This document shows, one piece after another, positions 47,909 to 57,228 of a stretch of 64,000 bases of DNA. A model generated the notes under the pieces. The model saw only the letters and a list, made by a program, of their open reading frames with translations. It did no database searches and had not been told where the DNA came from. The stretch is from Candidatus Bathyarchaeota archaeon (lineage in GTDB: Archaea > Thermoproteota > Bathyarchaeia > Bathyarchaeales > Bathycorpusculaceae), in assembly GCA_963777155.1 (NCBI GenBank), contig CAVZPM010000001.1, forward strand, positions 64,001-128,000, given 5' to 3'. The position numbers were made by a program, and so were the translations under genes. Each line of letters begins with the position of its first letter. The stretch's first letter is position 1.

Positions 47909-48298
47909 TTGGTGCATAATTTGATACTACCATGCGAAGTCGGAGTAAAAACTGTTCTTCCCGCAGTAAAGGCGGTAATGGCAAGATCTATTGTGGAAAA
48001 ACATGGCTTAAACGAAAAACAAACCGCCGACATCTTGGGGTTATCACAGTCCGCTGTTAGCAGGTATGTTGGACGTGAAAGAGGCAACCTTCTCGAAATC
48101 GAGGGAACAACTGAAGTAATAGCTCTTATAGACCAAATGGTCACACACCTCATAGAACGACCCGACAACAAAACAGAATTCTTAAAACTCTTCTGCCAAA
48201 CATGTCAAACCATACGGGAAAAAGGTTTAATGTGCGCACACTGCCAAAAAGAAATGCCCCTTGACTGGGCAGAAAAATGCTTGTTCTGCAGGGAGTAA
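47909..48298 (+). CDS. COG2522-type HTH regulator with C-terminal Cys motifs
   Basis: LPCE....VLPA, ADILGLSQSAVSRY...RG, CQTC, CAHC, CLFC. Confidence 0.8.
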   Translation: MVHNLILPCEVGVKTVLPAVKAVMARSIVEKHGLNEKQTADILGLSQSAVSRYVGRERGNLLEIEGTTEVIALIDQMVTHLIERPDNKTEFLKLFCQTCQTIREKGLMCAHCQKEMPLDWAEKCLFCRE

Positions 48299-48356
48299 AC
48301 CCCAATTAAAACTTATTAAAAACATTGTTTTTACCTCTGAGAGAGAAGATTTCGTT

Positions 48357-48782
48357 TTGACCCAAAATGGTATAATTGACATACTTAAAAAAACAAAAAC
48401 TATAGCAATAATCGGATTATCCCCAGATCCACAAAAGCACAGCTTCAAAGTAGGTCTTTACCTTAAACATCATGGTTACCGCATCATACCTGTAAATCCT
48501 CTTGCCTCGGAGATTTTGGGTGAGAAAAGCTACAAGAACCTACTCAGCATACCGGAGGGACTCCAGAAAACCATAGACATCGTTGACATCTTTAGAAAAC
48601 CAACAGATATGCCACCCATTGTTGATCAAGTCATCCAAATCAAAGCCAAGTTTGACAGACCATTTGTGGTTTGGATGCAATCAGGCATAATAAATGAGCA
48701 AGCGGCTGAAGCGGCAAGAAAGGCTGGGTTAATTGTGGTTATGAATAAGTGCTTGATGGTTGAGCATCGCAAGTTAACGTAA
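48357..48782 (+). CDS. CoA-binding protein (YccU-like)
   Basis: TIAIIGLS, IIPVNP, DIVDIFR, WMQSG, NKCLMVEH. Confidence 0.9.
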   Translation: MTQNGIIDILKKTKTIAIIGLSPDPQKHSFKVGLYLKHHGYRIIPVNPLASEILGEKSYKNLLSIPEGLQKTIDIVDIFRKPTDMPPIVDQVIQIKAKFDRPFVVWMQSGIINEQAAEAARKAGLIVVMNKCLMVEHRKLT

Positions 48783-48787
48783 ATGCG

Positions 48788-49651
48788 TTATGCGGCACCT
48801 AACAGCAGTGAAGCAACTGTTGCGATAACTACGATTGCAAATGTTTCCAGTAATGTTATTTTCCAGTTGACGCGTGTTTTCTTTGATCGGTAACGCACCA
48901 AAAAGATACCTACTATTAAGCTAACTAGGATCAGTGAAACGATTATGTTAAAGGGCGAGGGCAATAAGATATAGGCTGCTATGGGAATTATCCCTGCAAT
49001 GAAAGTTGTAGTACCACAGATAATCGCAGCGTAGAGATTAGATCTGTGGATTTGTTTGCCCAGCAAGGTGAAGAGTTTTTGCACCAAAAGCAGTGATTTG
49101 TCACGTTCTTTTTTGTCTGGTATATCGCTTAAGCTGTAGTTCATGAGCGTTTGAAGCGTCATGATGTCTGAGAGGTCTTCTGTTATGCCACCGAGGAGGA
49201 AGCTTGAGAAGTTAGTGATGGCAACTGCGCTCAGTGTTAGAAAGGCGGCGAAGATGACTGCATTCATGTTGTTTAGGAAGCTTGATGTTGATGTGAGTGT
49301 GGCTATGAAGGCGGATAGGATAACGACCAGGCTTGTTACTGAGCCATCGACCAATCCAGCAACGACTTCCATGATGGGCTCTTTTTTTAACAGGAGACTT
49401 TCCCATTCTTTGCCCAGTTTTTGTCCTTGAGCAGTTAACTGCAATGCCTCGTCTTTTTCGACGATGAGCCCTTCCATTGACATTTCTTTTAATGCTTTAT
49501 CCAGTTCATTCATTTCGATGCATGTAAAGTTGATGCAGACATGGTCAATTCGGTTTTTCAGTGTTGTTTTTTTTATTTTGGCGCCTTTGCTGAGGTTTAA
49601 TAGGACAATGACTCGAATAACGTCGGGTAACTCTTGGATTTCAAAGGCCAC
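48788..49651 (-). CDS. wHTH fused to VIT1/CCC1-like membrane domain
   Basis: N-terminal ELDKALKEM..EGLI....LQLTAQG wing; then VAGLVDGS and five TM helices like the VIT1 GxxDG motif. Confidence 0.65.
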   Translation of the reverse strand: MAFEIQELPDVIRVIVLLNLSKGAKIKKTTLKNRIDHVCINFTCIEMNELDKALKEMSMEGLIVEKDEALQLTAQGQKLGKEWESLLLKKEPIMEVVAGLVDGSVTSLVVILSAFIATLTSTSSFLNNMNAVIFAAFLTLSAVAITNFSSFLLGGITEDLSDIMTLQTLMNYSLSDIPDKKERDKSLLLVQKLFTLLGKQIHRSNLYAAIICGTTTFIAGIIPIAAYILLPSPFNIIVSLILVSLIVGIFLVRYRSKKTRVNWKITLLETFAIVVIATVASLLLGAA

Positions 49652-49741
49652 TTAATAAATCCACCCGTCTGAAACAATAAATTGTCCTTCCGCTAAGCTA
49701 ATAACTTTTTGCACCAATTCAGAGGAGAAAGAAGATATCTG

Positions 49742-50221
49742 TTATAGAATTTGTTCCAAGGTTTTTAGTATTTCATCATATTTTGGTTCGATTGATGGAC
49801 CCTGTGATATCCAAATGTATCGTACTACGCCTTGCTGATCGATGATAAAGATTGATCGCTTAGCCGCTGTGTATCCTTTAAGCCCTGCAAAATCAGGTAG
49901 TTCCAAATACCACTGCTTAATGACTTCACGCAGGTAATCGCTCAATGCAGGGAATGGGAGACGGCTTTTTTCTGCAAACGCTTTGTTCGAGAAAGGGTCA
50001 TTAACGCTTATACCGATGACTTGGGCATTTAAGTCGACTAACCGAGCCATGGAATCACGAAACTCACATACTTCTTTAGTGCATGTTGAGGTGAAAGCGC
50101 CTACAAAAAATGCTAAAACGACTTTTTTCCCTAAAAACTCACTGAGGCTTCTGGGTTTCAGATCTGTATCGGGCAGGCTAAAATCCGGTGTCTTGTCTCC
50201 AACTTTGATTTGTTAAGTCAT
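49742..50221 (-). pseudogene. Peroxiredoxin (AhpC/TSA, BCP-like) with premature TAA at codon 3
   Basis: ATG ACT TAA CAA ATC AAA GTT GGA GAC = [17 protein letters not shown]...[15 protein letters not shown], in frame with ORF 49742..50050. Confidence 0.85.
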
Positions 50222-50277
50222 AAAATCAGTCCTTATTAATAAAAAAAGAAGTTAAGGTTTGTATAAATGGTTGATGC

Positions 50278-50952
50278 TCACCCGAAAGTGAAGGCAGAAG
50301 GACAAATCTTGTTTAAGATGCACATTTCACATTTTGGTTTCTTTGCCATGCAGATTTGTCGGCCATGGAAAATCAGCAGGTCAGTGAAAGGCATCCATTT
50401 TTCTTTGGGTGTAATCTGCATCAGGTTTTGTTCAATCTTGTTCTGTTCTTTTTGTTCCGTTAAACCCAGTCTTTGTGAGAGTCTAGTTACGTGAGTATCA
50501 ACAGCGATGCCAGCAGTTATCCCATAAGCATTGTATAAAACGATGTTAGCGGTTTTGCGTGCGACACCTGGAAGCTCAAGCAACTTCTCCATCGTATTAG
50601 GTACCTGAGAGTGAAATTTCTCAATGAGAAGGAGGCAACAGTTTTGGAGGTTTCTCGCTTTGTTATGATAGAAGCCTGTTGAGTGAATGTCTTGTTCCAA
50701 CTCTTTCAAGTCTGTGTTGGCATAGTCTTGAGGAGTGTGATACTTTTTGAAAAGTTTTTGTGTTACTATGTTGACTTGTACATCTGTTGTTTGTGCGGAG
50801 AGCATGGTTGCGACAAGGATTTCGAGTGGATTGGTGTAGTTTAAGGCGGTTTTAGCGTTTGGGTATTGTTTTTCGAGGAGTTCGATGATTTTCTCTGTCC
50901 TTGTCTTGGGATCTAAGTATATTTGGGGAGTTTTCAAGTTGTCATTCTCCAA
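50278..50952 (-). CDS. nth: Endonuclease III
   Basis: LSAQTTD, LPGVARKTAN, AVDTHV, C-x6-C-x2-C-x5-C; start approximate. Confidence 0.96.
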   Translation of the reverse strand: MENDNLKTPQIYLDPKTRTEKIIELLEKQYPNAKTALNYTNPLEILVATMLSAQTTDVQVNIVTQKLFKKYHTPQDYANTDLKELEQDIHSTGFYHNKARNLQNCCLLLIEKFHSQVPNTMEKLLELPGVARKTANIVLYNAYGITAGIAVDTHVTRLSQRLGLTEQKEQNKIEQNLMQITPKEKWMPFTDLLIFHGRQICMAKKPKCEMCILNKICPSAFTFG

Positions 50953-51106
50953 GAAACTCGATGATTGATAATGTTTAGCTTTGGATAAAAAAGTTTTGAA
51001 CATGTTTGGTCGATGTTTTATATACTGAACATTTGTGTAATGATTTTCCAATTGGGTGTAAATATGCAAATTAAAAACTTAATGTCTCTGCATAATGTTT
51101 ATATGG

Positions 51107-51124
51107 TTTTCAATAAATTGAAAA
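51107..51124. promoter_or_regulatory. 8-2-8 palindrome between the TATA box and the RHH regulator gene; probable autoregulatory operator
   Basis: TTTTCAAT-AA-ATTGAAAA right after TTTATA (51098-51103). Confidence 0.5.
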
Positions 51125-51136
51125 TGTGTCACATAA

Positions 51137-51709
51137 GTGTCGAGTGAAAGCATGGTAAATCCAACACGAATAACCGTTGCCTTCGATAAAAATACAGCCG
51201 ACTTACTGGAAAAGATAAGCACAGACTCCCAAGTCTCCCAGAGCGAAATAATGCGTCGAGCCCTAAAATTCTACAGTGAAAACAAAGCTCTTGAAGATCC
51301 AGCCACTAAGAAAAAAATCCACGCATACCTCGACATGCTGCTTACAGGCGAACACATAATCCTTGATGTTGATCACTGGCTCATGTTTCTTCGCCTCATT
51401 GCTTCCTCACCTGAGAAAGAAAAGTTCTGGACAGAACATAAGGATGTTGCACGAGCCCACTGGGAACAGCTAAGAACTAAGGTGCATTCACCGGAAGAAA
51501 TGTTATCTAGGCTTGAAATCTGCAACTTTTATCGGTTAACAAAAAACGCTCCCAACGACTATACACTGGTGTTGGTTTCGGAGATTTCAAAAGATTTCAT
51601 TAGAGTCTTCCTTGAAGAATACTTTGCGGCAATGGGTGTTAAAGCCGAGATTAAAGAAAATCTAACCAAGTTGAGGGTTACTGTTAAACCTACAAATGCG
51701 AAGGCTTAA
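51137..51709 (+). CDS. CopG/RHH transcriptional regulator with C-terminal putative ligand domain
   Basis: RITVAFD...SQSEIMRRALKFY; GEHIILDVDHW. Confidence 0.8.
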   Translation: MSSESMVNPTRITVAFDKNTADLLEKISTDSQVSQSEIMRRALKFYSENKALEDPATKKKIHAYLDMLLTGEHIILDVDHWLMFLRLIASSPEKEKFWTEHKDVARAHWEQLRTKVHSPEEMLSRLEICNFYRLTKNAPNDYTLVLVSEISKDFIRVFLEEYFAAMGVKAEIKENLTKLRVTVKPTNAKA

Positions 51710-51897
51710 CTGTACCGTTGGGAATCAACTTGCTTGGAATTTATCTAATTACCCAAGCAAATCCAAAAATTCCCTCATTTAATTATTTTTCTTATCTGAA
51801 ATAGTCCGAATAATCTTTTAATGTATCTATAAATGGTCTTCTCAAAAAAACTTTTTACCCTTCAACAATCTTATTCAACCTACTAAGGTGAATCAAG

Positions 51898-52047
51898 TTG
51901 AGTTTAAAATTAAAAGTTGATGGAAAAGACATTCCTCTAAATGAATTCGTCGAAAAAATTATGAATGGAACAATAACTGGGGCAGTATCTTCACTAAAAG
52001 GAATAAAGGAGAATTGGCAGAAAATTGAAATAGAAATTCAAAAGTAA
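51898..52047 (+). CDS. Small hypothetical protein (49 aa, below cutoff)
   Basis: AGGTGA RBS; MSLKLKVDGKDIPLNEFVEKIMNGTITGAVSSLKGIKENWQKIEIEIQK resembles C-terminal modules of archaeal MobB/Fe-S proteins. Confidence 0.7.
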   Translation: MSLKLKVDGKDIPLNEFVEKIMNGTITGAVSSLKGIKENWQKIEIEIQK

Positions 52048-52053
52048 TTAATT

Positions 52054-52614
52054 TTAACCTTTGAATTCCACTATAGTTTCTATTTCTGCAAAAAAATCTC
52101 TTTTGGCTTTACATATTGGGCAAACATAGGGTGGATCCTCACGATATACCACGTATCCACATTGCTTGCAGTACCATAACTTCTTTTTTACTTCCGGCTT
52201 GGCTTGGAGCTGCATTGGGGGTTTTTCAGGTGCTCCTAACGTTTGCGAGGCTGTTTTCCCCTCAGAGATAGATGTTCCATATGCGCGTGCCATTTTCTCT
52301 TCTGGTCGGCGTTCGGGCACTTCTGGCAAGTTCTGGCTTTCAAAGACCGCTTTGTTGACATAGAGCCGGCAGTAGCATGAGCCGAATTCAGCAACGTCTG
52401 GGTCACGGTAGTCGCAGGGGCAAATAATATCTCGGTCAACTTCGATGTTGCCTGTTGCCAATCTGCAGGGGCATGAGGGGTATCCGTATCGGTCCTCGTT
52501 TGTTTTTAAACCTTCAAGAAACATCTGCAACAGGTCAGGTTGGGGCGTTAGGTAATAACCGTATGTTTTAGCGTCAGCTTCGGTTCTTTTTCTAGTCTGC
52601 TCAAGCGTGATCAA
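52054..52614 (-). CDS. Ferredoxin:thioredoxin reductase-like disulfide reductase with C-terminal rubredoxin domain (FDR-type)
   Basis: CPC, CPC, CYC motifs; CKQCGY...CPIC. Confidence 0.9.
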   Translation of the reverse strand: MITLEQTRKRTEADAKTYGYYLTPQPDLLQMFLEGLKTNEDRYGYPSCPCRLATGNIEVDRDIICPCDYRDPDVAEFGSCYCRLYVNKAVFESQNLPEVPERRPEEKMARAYGTSISEGKTASQTLGAPEKPPMQLQAKPEVKKKLWYCKQCGYVVYREDPPYVCPICKAKRDFFAEIETIVEFKG

Positions 52615-52895
52615 AGGCTAAGTGCCTCTTTAAGCAGGTCCTTTCGGAAACCTGTAATTACGGTTTTATCGTCAACGATTGTGGTCGGGTAGCTTAACAC
52701 CCCACCCTTGCTGGTGATAGCATCATGAGCTTTGTTTTTATCCTTGTCATCGAGCAAGTCAACATCGACAAATTCGTATTCGACATTGTTGTCTTTTAGG
52801 TATTGCTTTGTCATTTTGCACCAAACACAAGTGCTTAAAGCATAGATGGTGACTTTATGGTTATTTTTTTGTCCAGAAACTTTGGAGAACTGCAT
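52611..52895 (-). CDS. Glutaredoxin-like protein, CVWC (methanoredoxin-like)
   Basis: ALSTCVWC, SYPT, ITGF; overlaps the FDR-type gene. Confidence 0.9.
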   Translation of the reverse strand: MQFSKVSGQKNNHKVTIYALSTCVWCKMTKQYLKDNNVEYEFVDVDLLDDKDKNKAHDAITSKGGVLSYPTTIVDDKTVITGFRKDLLKEALSL

Positions 52896-52960
52896 AGTAA
52901 TTCTACCATCTAAAACTCTGATTAAGCCGCATATAACTGTTTAGATCGTCTAAATCGACA

Positions 52961-54335
52961 TTATGCTGGTTGGAGGTCGCTGAAAGCGTTCTGAACAACT
53001 TCGTTTAATGCAGGATGAATGTGCATGCCCTGGGCGATGGGGCTAAAGTCACCTTTTCCGATAACCATCGCATTGACGATTTCTTGGATGAGCACTGACG
53101 CTTCGGGACCAATTATGTGGGCACCAAGGATTTTGCCTGTTTCTTGCTCAACTATGACTTTTACAAACCCCTCGGGAAACCCCAAGGCTGCCCCCATAGC
53201 TGTGTCTTTATAGAATGCTCTGCCGACTAAAATCTTGAGTTTTTGCTGTTTAGCTTCTTCCTCCTTTAAGCCCACGGACGCAATTTGAGGATGAGTAAAA
53301 ACTGCGTGTGGAGCGACTGACCAAGTTCACCTTTACTTTGTGGTCATGGATAGCGTTATGCCAGGCTATGCCTGCTTCATAGTTGGCGACATGCTTGAAC
53401 ATTTTTTTACCTATCGCATCCCCGAAAGCAAAAATACCCTTCTTGTTAGTCTCAAGATAATCGTTGACTTCTATGAAGCCGTGTTCGTCGAGTTTTACTC
53501 CTGTCTTTTCAAGCTTAAGCGATAATGCGTTGGATACTCTACCCGTAGCAACCATTATGGCTTCAGCCGAGATCTCCTTAACACTGCCGTCTTGTCGATT
53601 CCTGACAACAAGTACTTTCATGTCGTTTTCCTGTCTCGCTTCAAGCGCTTCGTATCCCGTGAAGATTTCCATACGCTTCTCCATCTCCGTCTTAAGTAAA
53701 TTAGAGACTTCAGGATCTTCCTCAGGCACCACCCAGAGGGGGCGTTGGATTATAGCGGTTTTTGTACCGATTGCTGAGAAGAAGTGTCCATATTCCATCC
53801 CAATATAGCCTCCTCCAACGATTAACATGCTCTTGGGTGGGGCAGATAGTTCTAGCACAGTGTCGCTTGTCAAATAACCTATGTTTTCTATGTTCTTGAC
53901 TGGTGGAATTGCGGTATTTGTTCCTGAGACGATGAATATGATTTTGGCTGTAATCGTGTGAGTGCCCACCTGCATTGTGTAGTCACTGATGAATTCACCT
54001 TTTTCTTGGAACCATATTAGATTGGGAGTGGCTTTAACAGCTAAAGCTTGATGCCCAGAGTCATGGTTAATTAGCGTATGCATCCGTGTCATGATATTAT
54101 TAAAGTCAACCGAGTTCACAGTGGTATGGATACCTAACTGGTCAGCAGTTTGGATGGTGGCAAGGATGTCGGCGGGGTAAATCAGCATCTTCGAGGGAAC
54201 ACAACCCACGTTAATGCAGGTGCCTCCCATTTTCCCCTGCTCAACTAGCGCCACCTTAAAGCCCTGCTCGACGGCAACCGAAGCAACCAGCATTCCAGAA
54301 CCTGAACCGACAACAATTACATCAAACTGCTCCAT
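52961..54335 (-). pseudogene. Pyridine nucleotide-disulfide oxidoreductase (Lpd/mycothione-reductase-like), frameshifted (+1) near 53321; may be a sequence error
   Basis: GSGSG, GGTCINVGCVPSK, GGGYIG, GD in one frame; HIHPALNE in another; removing one G gives NLSVAPHAVFTHPQIASVG. Confidence 0.88.
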
Positions 54336-54455
54336 AAACCAGCCTCAACACCAATAAACGAAGAATAGAACGCAAATAAACCTTTCAACGGTAAATATTC
54401 CTACTGGAAAATCTTTTATTCAGGTTACAGATAACTGTTTTATTGAGGATTTTTA

Positions 54456-54548
54456 ATGGCTAAAAAACCAAAGACTGCAGAAGAGCAAAAGAAAAAAACC
54501 GCTTATTACAGCAAAAAAGAGAAGAAAGCCAAAGAAGTCAAAAAGTAA
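54456..54548 (+). CDS. Lysine-rich 30-aa microprotein
   Basis: MAKKPKTAEEQKKKTAYYSKKEKKAKEVKK; GAGGA RBS and TTTTATT box upstream. Confidence 0.5.
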   Translation: MAKKPKTAEEQKKKTAYYSKKEKKAKEVKK

Positions 54549-55317
54549 CTTCTTTGCCTAAAAACTTTGGCAAGCACCGTTTGTCGTGAATGGCGTCGAA
54601 GCTTTCTAGTTCATCTTTTTTTAGTGGCCAAACGATTCTTGAGACCAACCCATTTAGGCTGTAGGGCAACCTGATTAAGCGAAACTCACCAGAGGTTACC
54701 CAGTCGTCGATATGAAAGCCAGCCTGTTTAGCTTGTTGGGCATGGTTGAGTCGCTCATTGGTGCTAAGCTTGTACGCTTCTGGGTCTAAAACGTGTAGGT
54801 GAAAACCTCTACCAGAATAGACAATTATCAAATCTGAAAAACGTTCAGCGAGAAACTCGTAGAGTCCAATTGCTTCATTCTTAACCATATCGAACTCTAT
54901 TTCGCAGAAGCTCAATCCTTGCTTTCGCTTCATCTTATCCGCCAAACTGCCATGGATAGGGCAGGTTATGTTTTCTGGGTCAAGGTCAAAGGCGAGTTCC
55001 TGACCAATCTTGTTGTCTTTTGTATCGTAGACGTTTCGGTCGTAGTAGACAGCTTCCGGTAAGAACTCTACGATTTGCTTACGGGCATCTTCCAAGGTCT
55101 TGTATTCATCAACTATTATGGTTGTTGAAGCGTCTTGCTTATATTTTTCTGGGAAAATCTTAGTGTGCCTGCCTATGATTACTGCAAATTTGGTGTTGAT
55201 AAGTCCACCTTTGAACCACCCTGTTACCTTTTGAAGGTCGACTTCTTGGGTGTAGAACTCTTTTCGCTCTTCAAGAGTTGCGTACCTCATTCCAGCAGGC
55301 ATGAAATATTGACTCAT
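54538..55317 (-). CDS. Archaeo-eukaryotic primase (PriS-like) domain protein, short divergent paralog
   Basis: ELAFDLD, YSGRGFHLH, RLIRLPYSLNG; CPIH...C. Confidence 0.8.
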   Translation of the reverse strand: MSQYFMPAGMRYATLEERKEFYTQEVDLQKVTGWFKGGLINTKFAVIIGRHTKIFPEKYKQDASTTIIVDEYKTLEDARKQIVEFLPEAVYYDRNVYDTKDNKIGQELAFDLDPENITCPIHGSLADKMKRKQGLSFCEIEFDMVKNEAIGLYEFLAERFSDLIIVYSGRGFHLHVLDPEAYKLSTNERLNHAQQAKQAGFHIDDWVTSGEFRLIRLPYSLNGLVSRIVWPLKKDELESFDAIHDKRCLPKFLGKEVTF

Positions 55318-55421
55318 ACAAACCCACAACCATTAACTCCTACAAACCAAAATGCTTTACGGAACCAGAAAAGCAGAAAGCCTAATATCCTTTGTTTTCT
55401 TGACTTTATTAGGTGAATTTT

Positions 55422-55739
55422 TTGCCAATAGACCCTGATTTTCAAACCAAACGACAAGTTGTAAATGAACATAACGGACACAAAGTATGGGGTCCCGTTG
55501 AAGCCCCCGAGATACTTGGAATTCATGGAACAACCAGCGCTGTAGACTGGGATAGTTGCCTTGGAGACGGCGTATGCATCGACGTTTGCCCAGTTTCGCT
55601 CTACGAGTGGGCTGATTCGCTTGGACACCCGCTATCCAACCGAAAATCTGACCCAGTGCGAGAAAAAGATTGCATACAATGCTTGGCATGCGAGATGCAG
55701 TGTCCGGCTGCTGCGATAAAAATTACTCCGCCCCCATAG
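55422..55739 (+). CDS. zfx: Zinc-containing-type dicluster ferredoxin
   Basis: PIDP...EHNGHKVWGPV...LGIHGT extension; CLGDGVC..VCP and CIQCLAC...CP. Confidence 0.85.
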   Translation: MPIDPDFQTKRQVVNEHNGHKVWGPVEAPEILGIHGTTSAVDWDSCLGDGVCIDVCPVSLYEWADSLGHPLSNRKSDPVREKDCIQCLACEMQCPAAAIKITPPP

Positions 55740-55813
55740 TGGGCAATCTCTTTCTTGTTTTGATAAAAGTGTTATATTGGCACACATGCAATTAACTGCT
55801 AAGTGCTTTACAT

Positions 55814-56467
55814 ATGAGTGGGGTGTCAATCGGTAAGATTATAGTTATTGGGCCAGCTAACGTTTCGCTGAAGATAAGTGATGTTACTGAGGAGATTATT
55901 TCAGGCATAATGGATGATGGTGTTGTTGACGTTGTAGGAGCTGGCGATGCCATGTTTCTTGTCTGTTCTGCCATAAATTTGTCATGTGAAATCGCTAAAA
56001 TCTACATCAACCAAATAGGCTTCAACTACCTCGAAGACAAACATCTGGGAAAGACAGCAGCGATTTTTGCTCACCTTGCCCAGCATGAGTCGGCCGATTT
56101 CGAGAAATTGGTCGCCGAAGAAGAGAAGGTAATGGATAACATCGGGGACAGAACGGTAAGTGTCGGTCACGAAATTCCCATGGAGAAACTTGTAACCCGA
56201 AGCCTCATGGCGCTGGCAAGGTTTGATGAGATAAAACTGATCGCGGCGGGTGGATCCATAAACGAAGCGGTCTCTCTTGCCCTTAGGTTGACTTTAGGAC
56301 AAATATCCAAAGACCCTGTCGGCATTAAGCTAATTTATGTTTACTCTATCAACATGAGAAACGACCCTGCCAAGAGAATTTCAGCAATATCTATCTATCT
56401 TCAAAAAGGAATAACCACAGAGTCTACTGATTTCGTAAAAAAACTAAAAAATGAATTGCCTGCCTAA
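55814..56467 (+). CDS. Tandem Alba-like domain protein (acidic)
   Basis: EIKLIAAGGSINEAVSLA and RISAISIYLQK align with Alba [18 protein letters not shown] and [11 protein letters not shown]; weaker N-terminal repeat VDVVGAGDAM. Confidence 0.55.
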   Translation: MSGVSIGKIIVIGPANVSLKISDVTEEIISGIMDDGVVDVVGAGDAMFLVCSAINLSCEIAKIYINQIGFNYLEDKHLGKTAAIFAHLAQHESADFEKLVAEEEKVMDNIGDRTVSVGHEIPMEKLVTRSLMALARFDEIKLIAAGGSINEAVSLALRLTLGQISKDPVGIKLIYVYSINMRNDPAKRISAISIYLQKGITTESTDFVKKLKNELPA

Positions 56468-56489
56468 AGAAAAAAAGGGTAAGCAATGC

Positions 56490-57104
56490 TTACTTTACCA
56501 GGCTAAGATTCTTGTTGACTCTGTCCCAGTTGACCAAGTTCCAAAAAGCTTCAACAAACTTGGCGCGGTCGTTTTTGTAGTCTAAGTAGTAGGCGTGTTC
56601 CCAGACATCGAGCGCCATCAAGATTTGGAAGTTAGGAAAAACGTTAACGTTGTGTTTTTCAATCTGCATGATAAGCGGTCTTCCAATACATGGATGGGCG
56701 GCAAGTACTGCCCAACCTGAACCCTCAGTGCTTGTGGCCGCCAACGTGAACTGCTTTTTAAAATGCTCAAAACTTCCAAAACCCATGTTAATCATATCTG
56801 CAACTGCTCCTCCAGGTTGTCCTCCGCCGCCTTTGCCTGCGGGTGCCATGTTCTCCCAGAAAGTTGTGTGTAACATGTGACCACCGATGTGAAAGGATAA
56901 CTCTTTTGCAAGCGCTTTTATGTCAAGGGGTGTATTCTCCTGATGCGCCTTGTCAATTTTTTCAAAGATAGCGTTGGCGCCGTTCACATAGGCTTGATGG
57001 TGTTTGTCATGGTGGAGTTTCAGTTGTTCCTCAGAAATGTGTGGCGCAAGTGCATTGTAATCATAGGGCAATTTGGGTAGAGTAAAAGATTTTATTTTTT
57101 CCAT
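56490..57104 (-). CDS. sod: Fe/Mn superoxide dismutase
   Basis: [21 protein letters not shown]. Confidence 0.97.
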   Translation of the reverse strand: MEKIKSFTLPKLPYDYNALAPHISEEQLKLHHDKHHQAYVNGANAIFEKIDKAHQENTPLDIKALAKELSFHIGGHMLHTTFWENMAPAGKGGGGQPGGAVADMINMGFGSFEHFKKQFTLAATSTEGSGWAVLAAHPCIGRPLIMQIEKHNVNVFPNFQILMALDVWEHAYYLDYKNDRAKFVEAFWNLVNWDRVNKNLSLVK

Positions 57105-57228
57105 AAAATTTCACCAAAATCAAACATTTCCAAAGCAGAAAACAACTAATATACTTTGCCTTGAAGCATTTGGGTACATGGTATAGCTTATTACCTGCTT
57201 GTTACTCTACTATTTTCCAGTGAATTTT

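Noticed and set aside
35256-54335. Programmed recoding shared by pgk, the peroxiredoxin and the disulfide reductase
   Set aside because: The three lesions share no sequence context or slippery/SECIS signal; sequence error or independent mutation is simpler.
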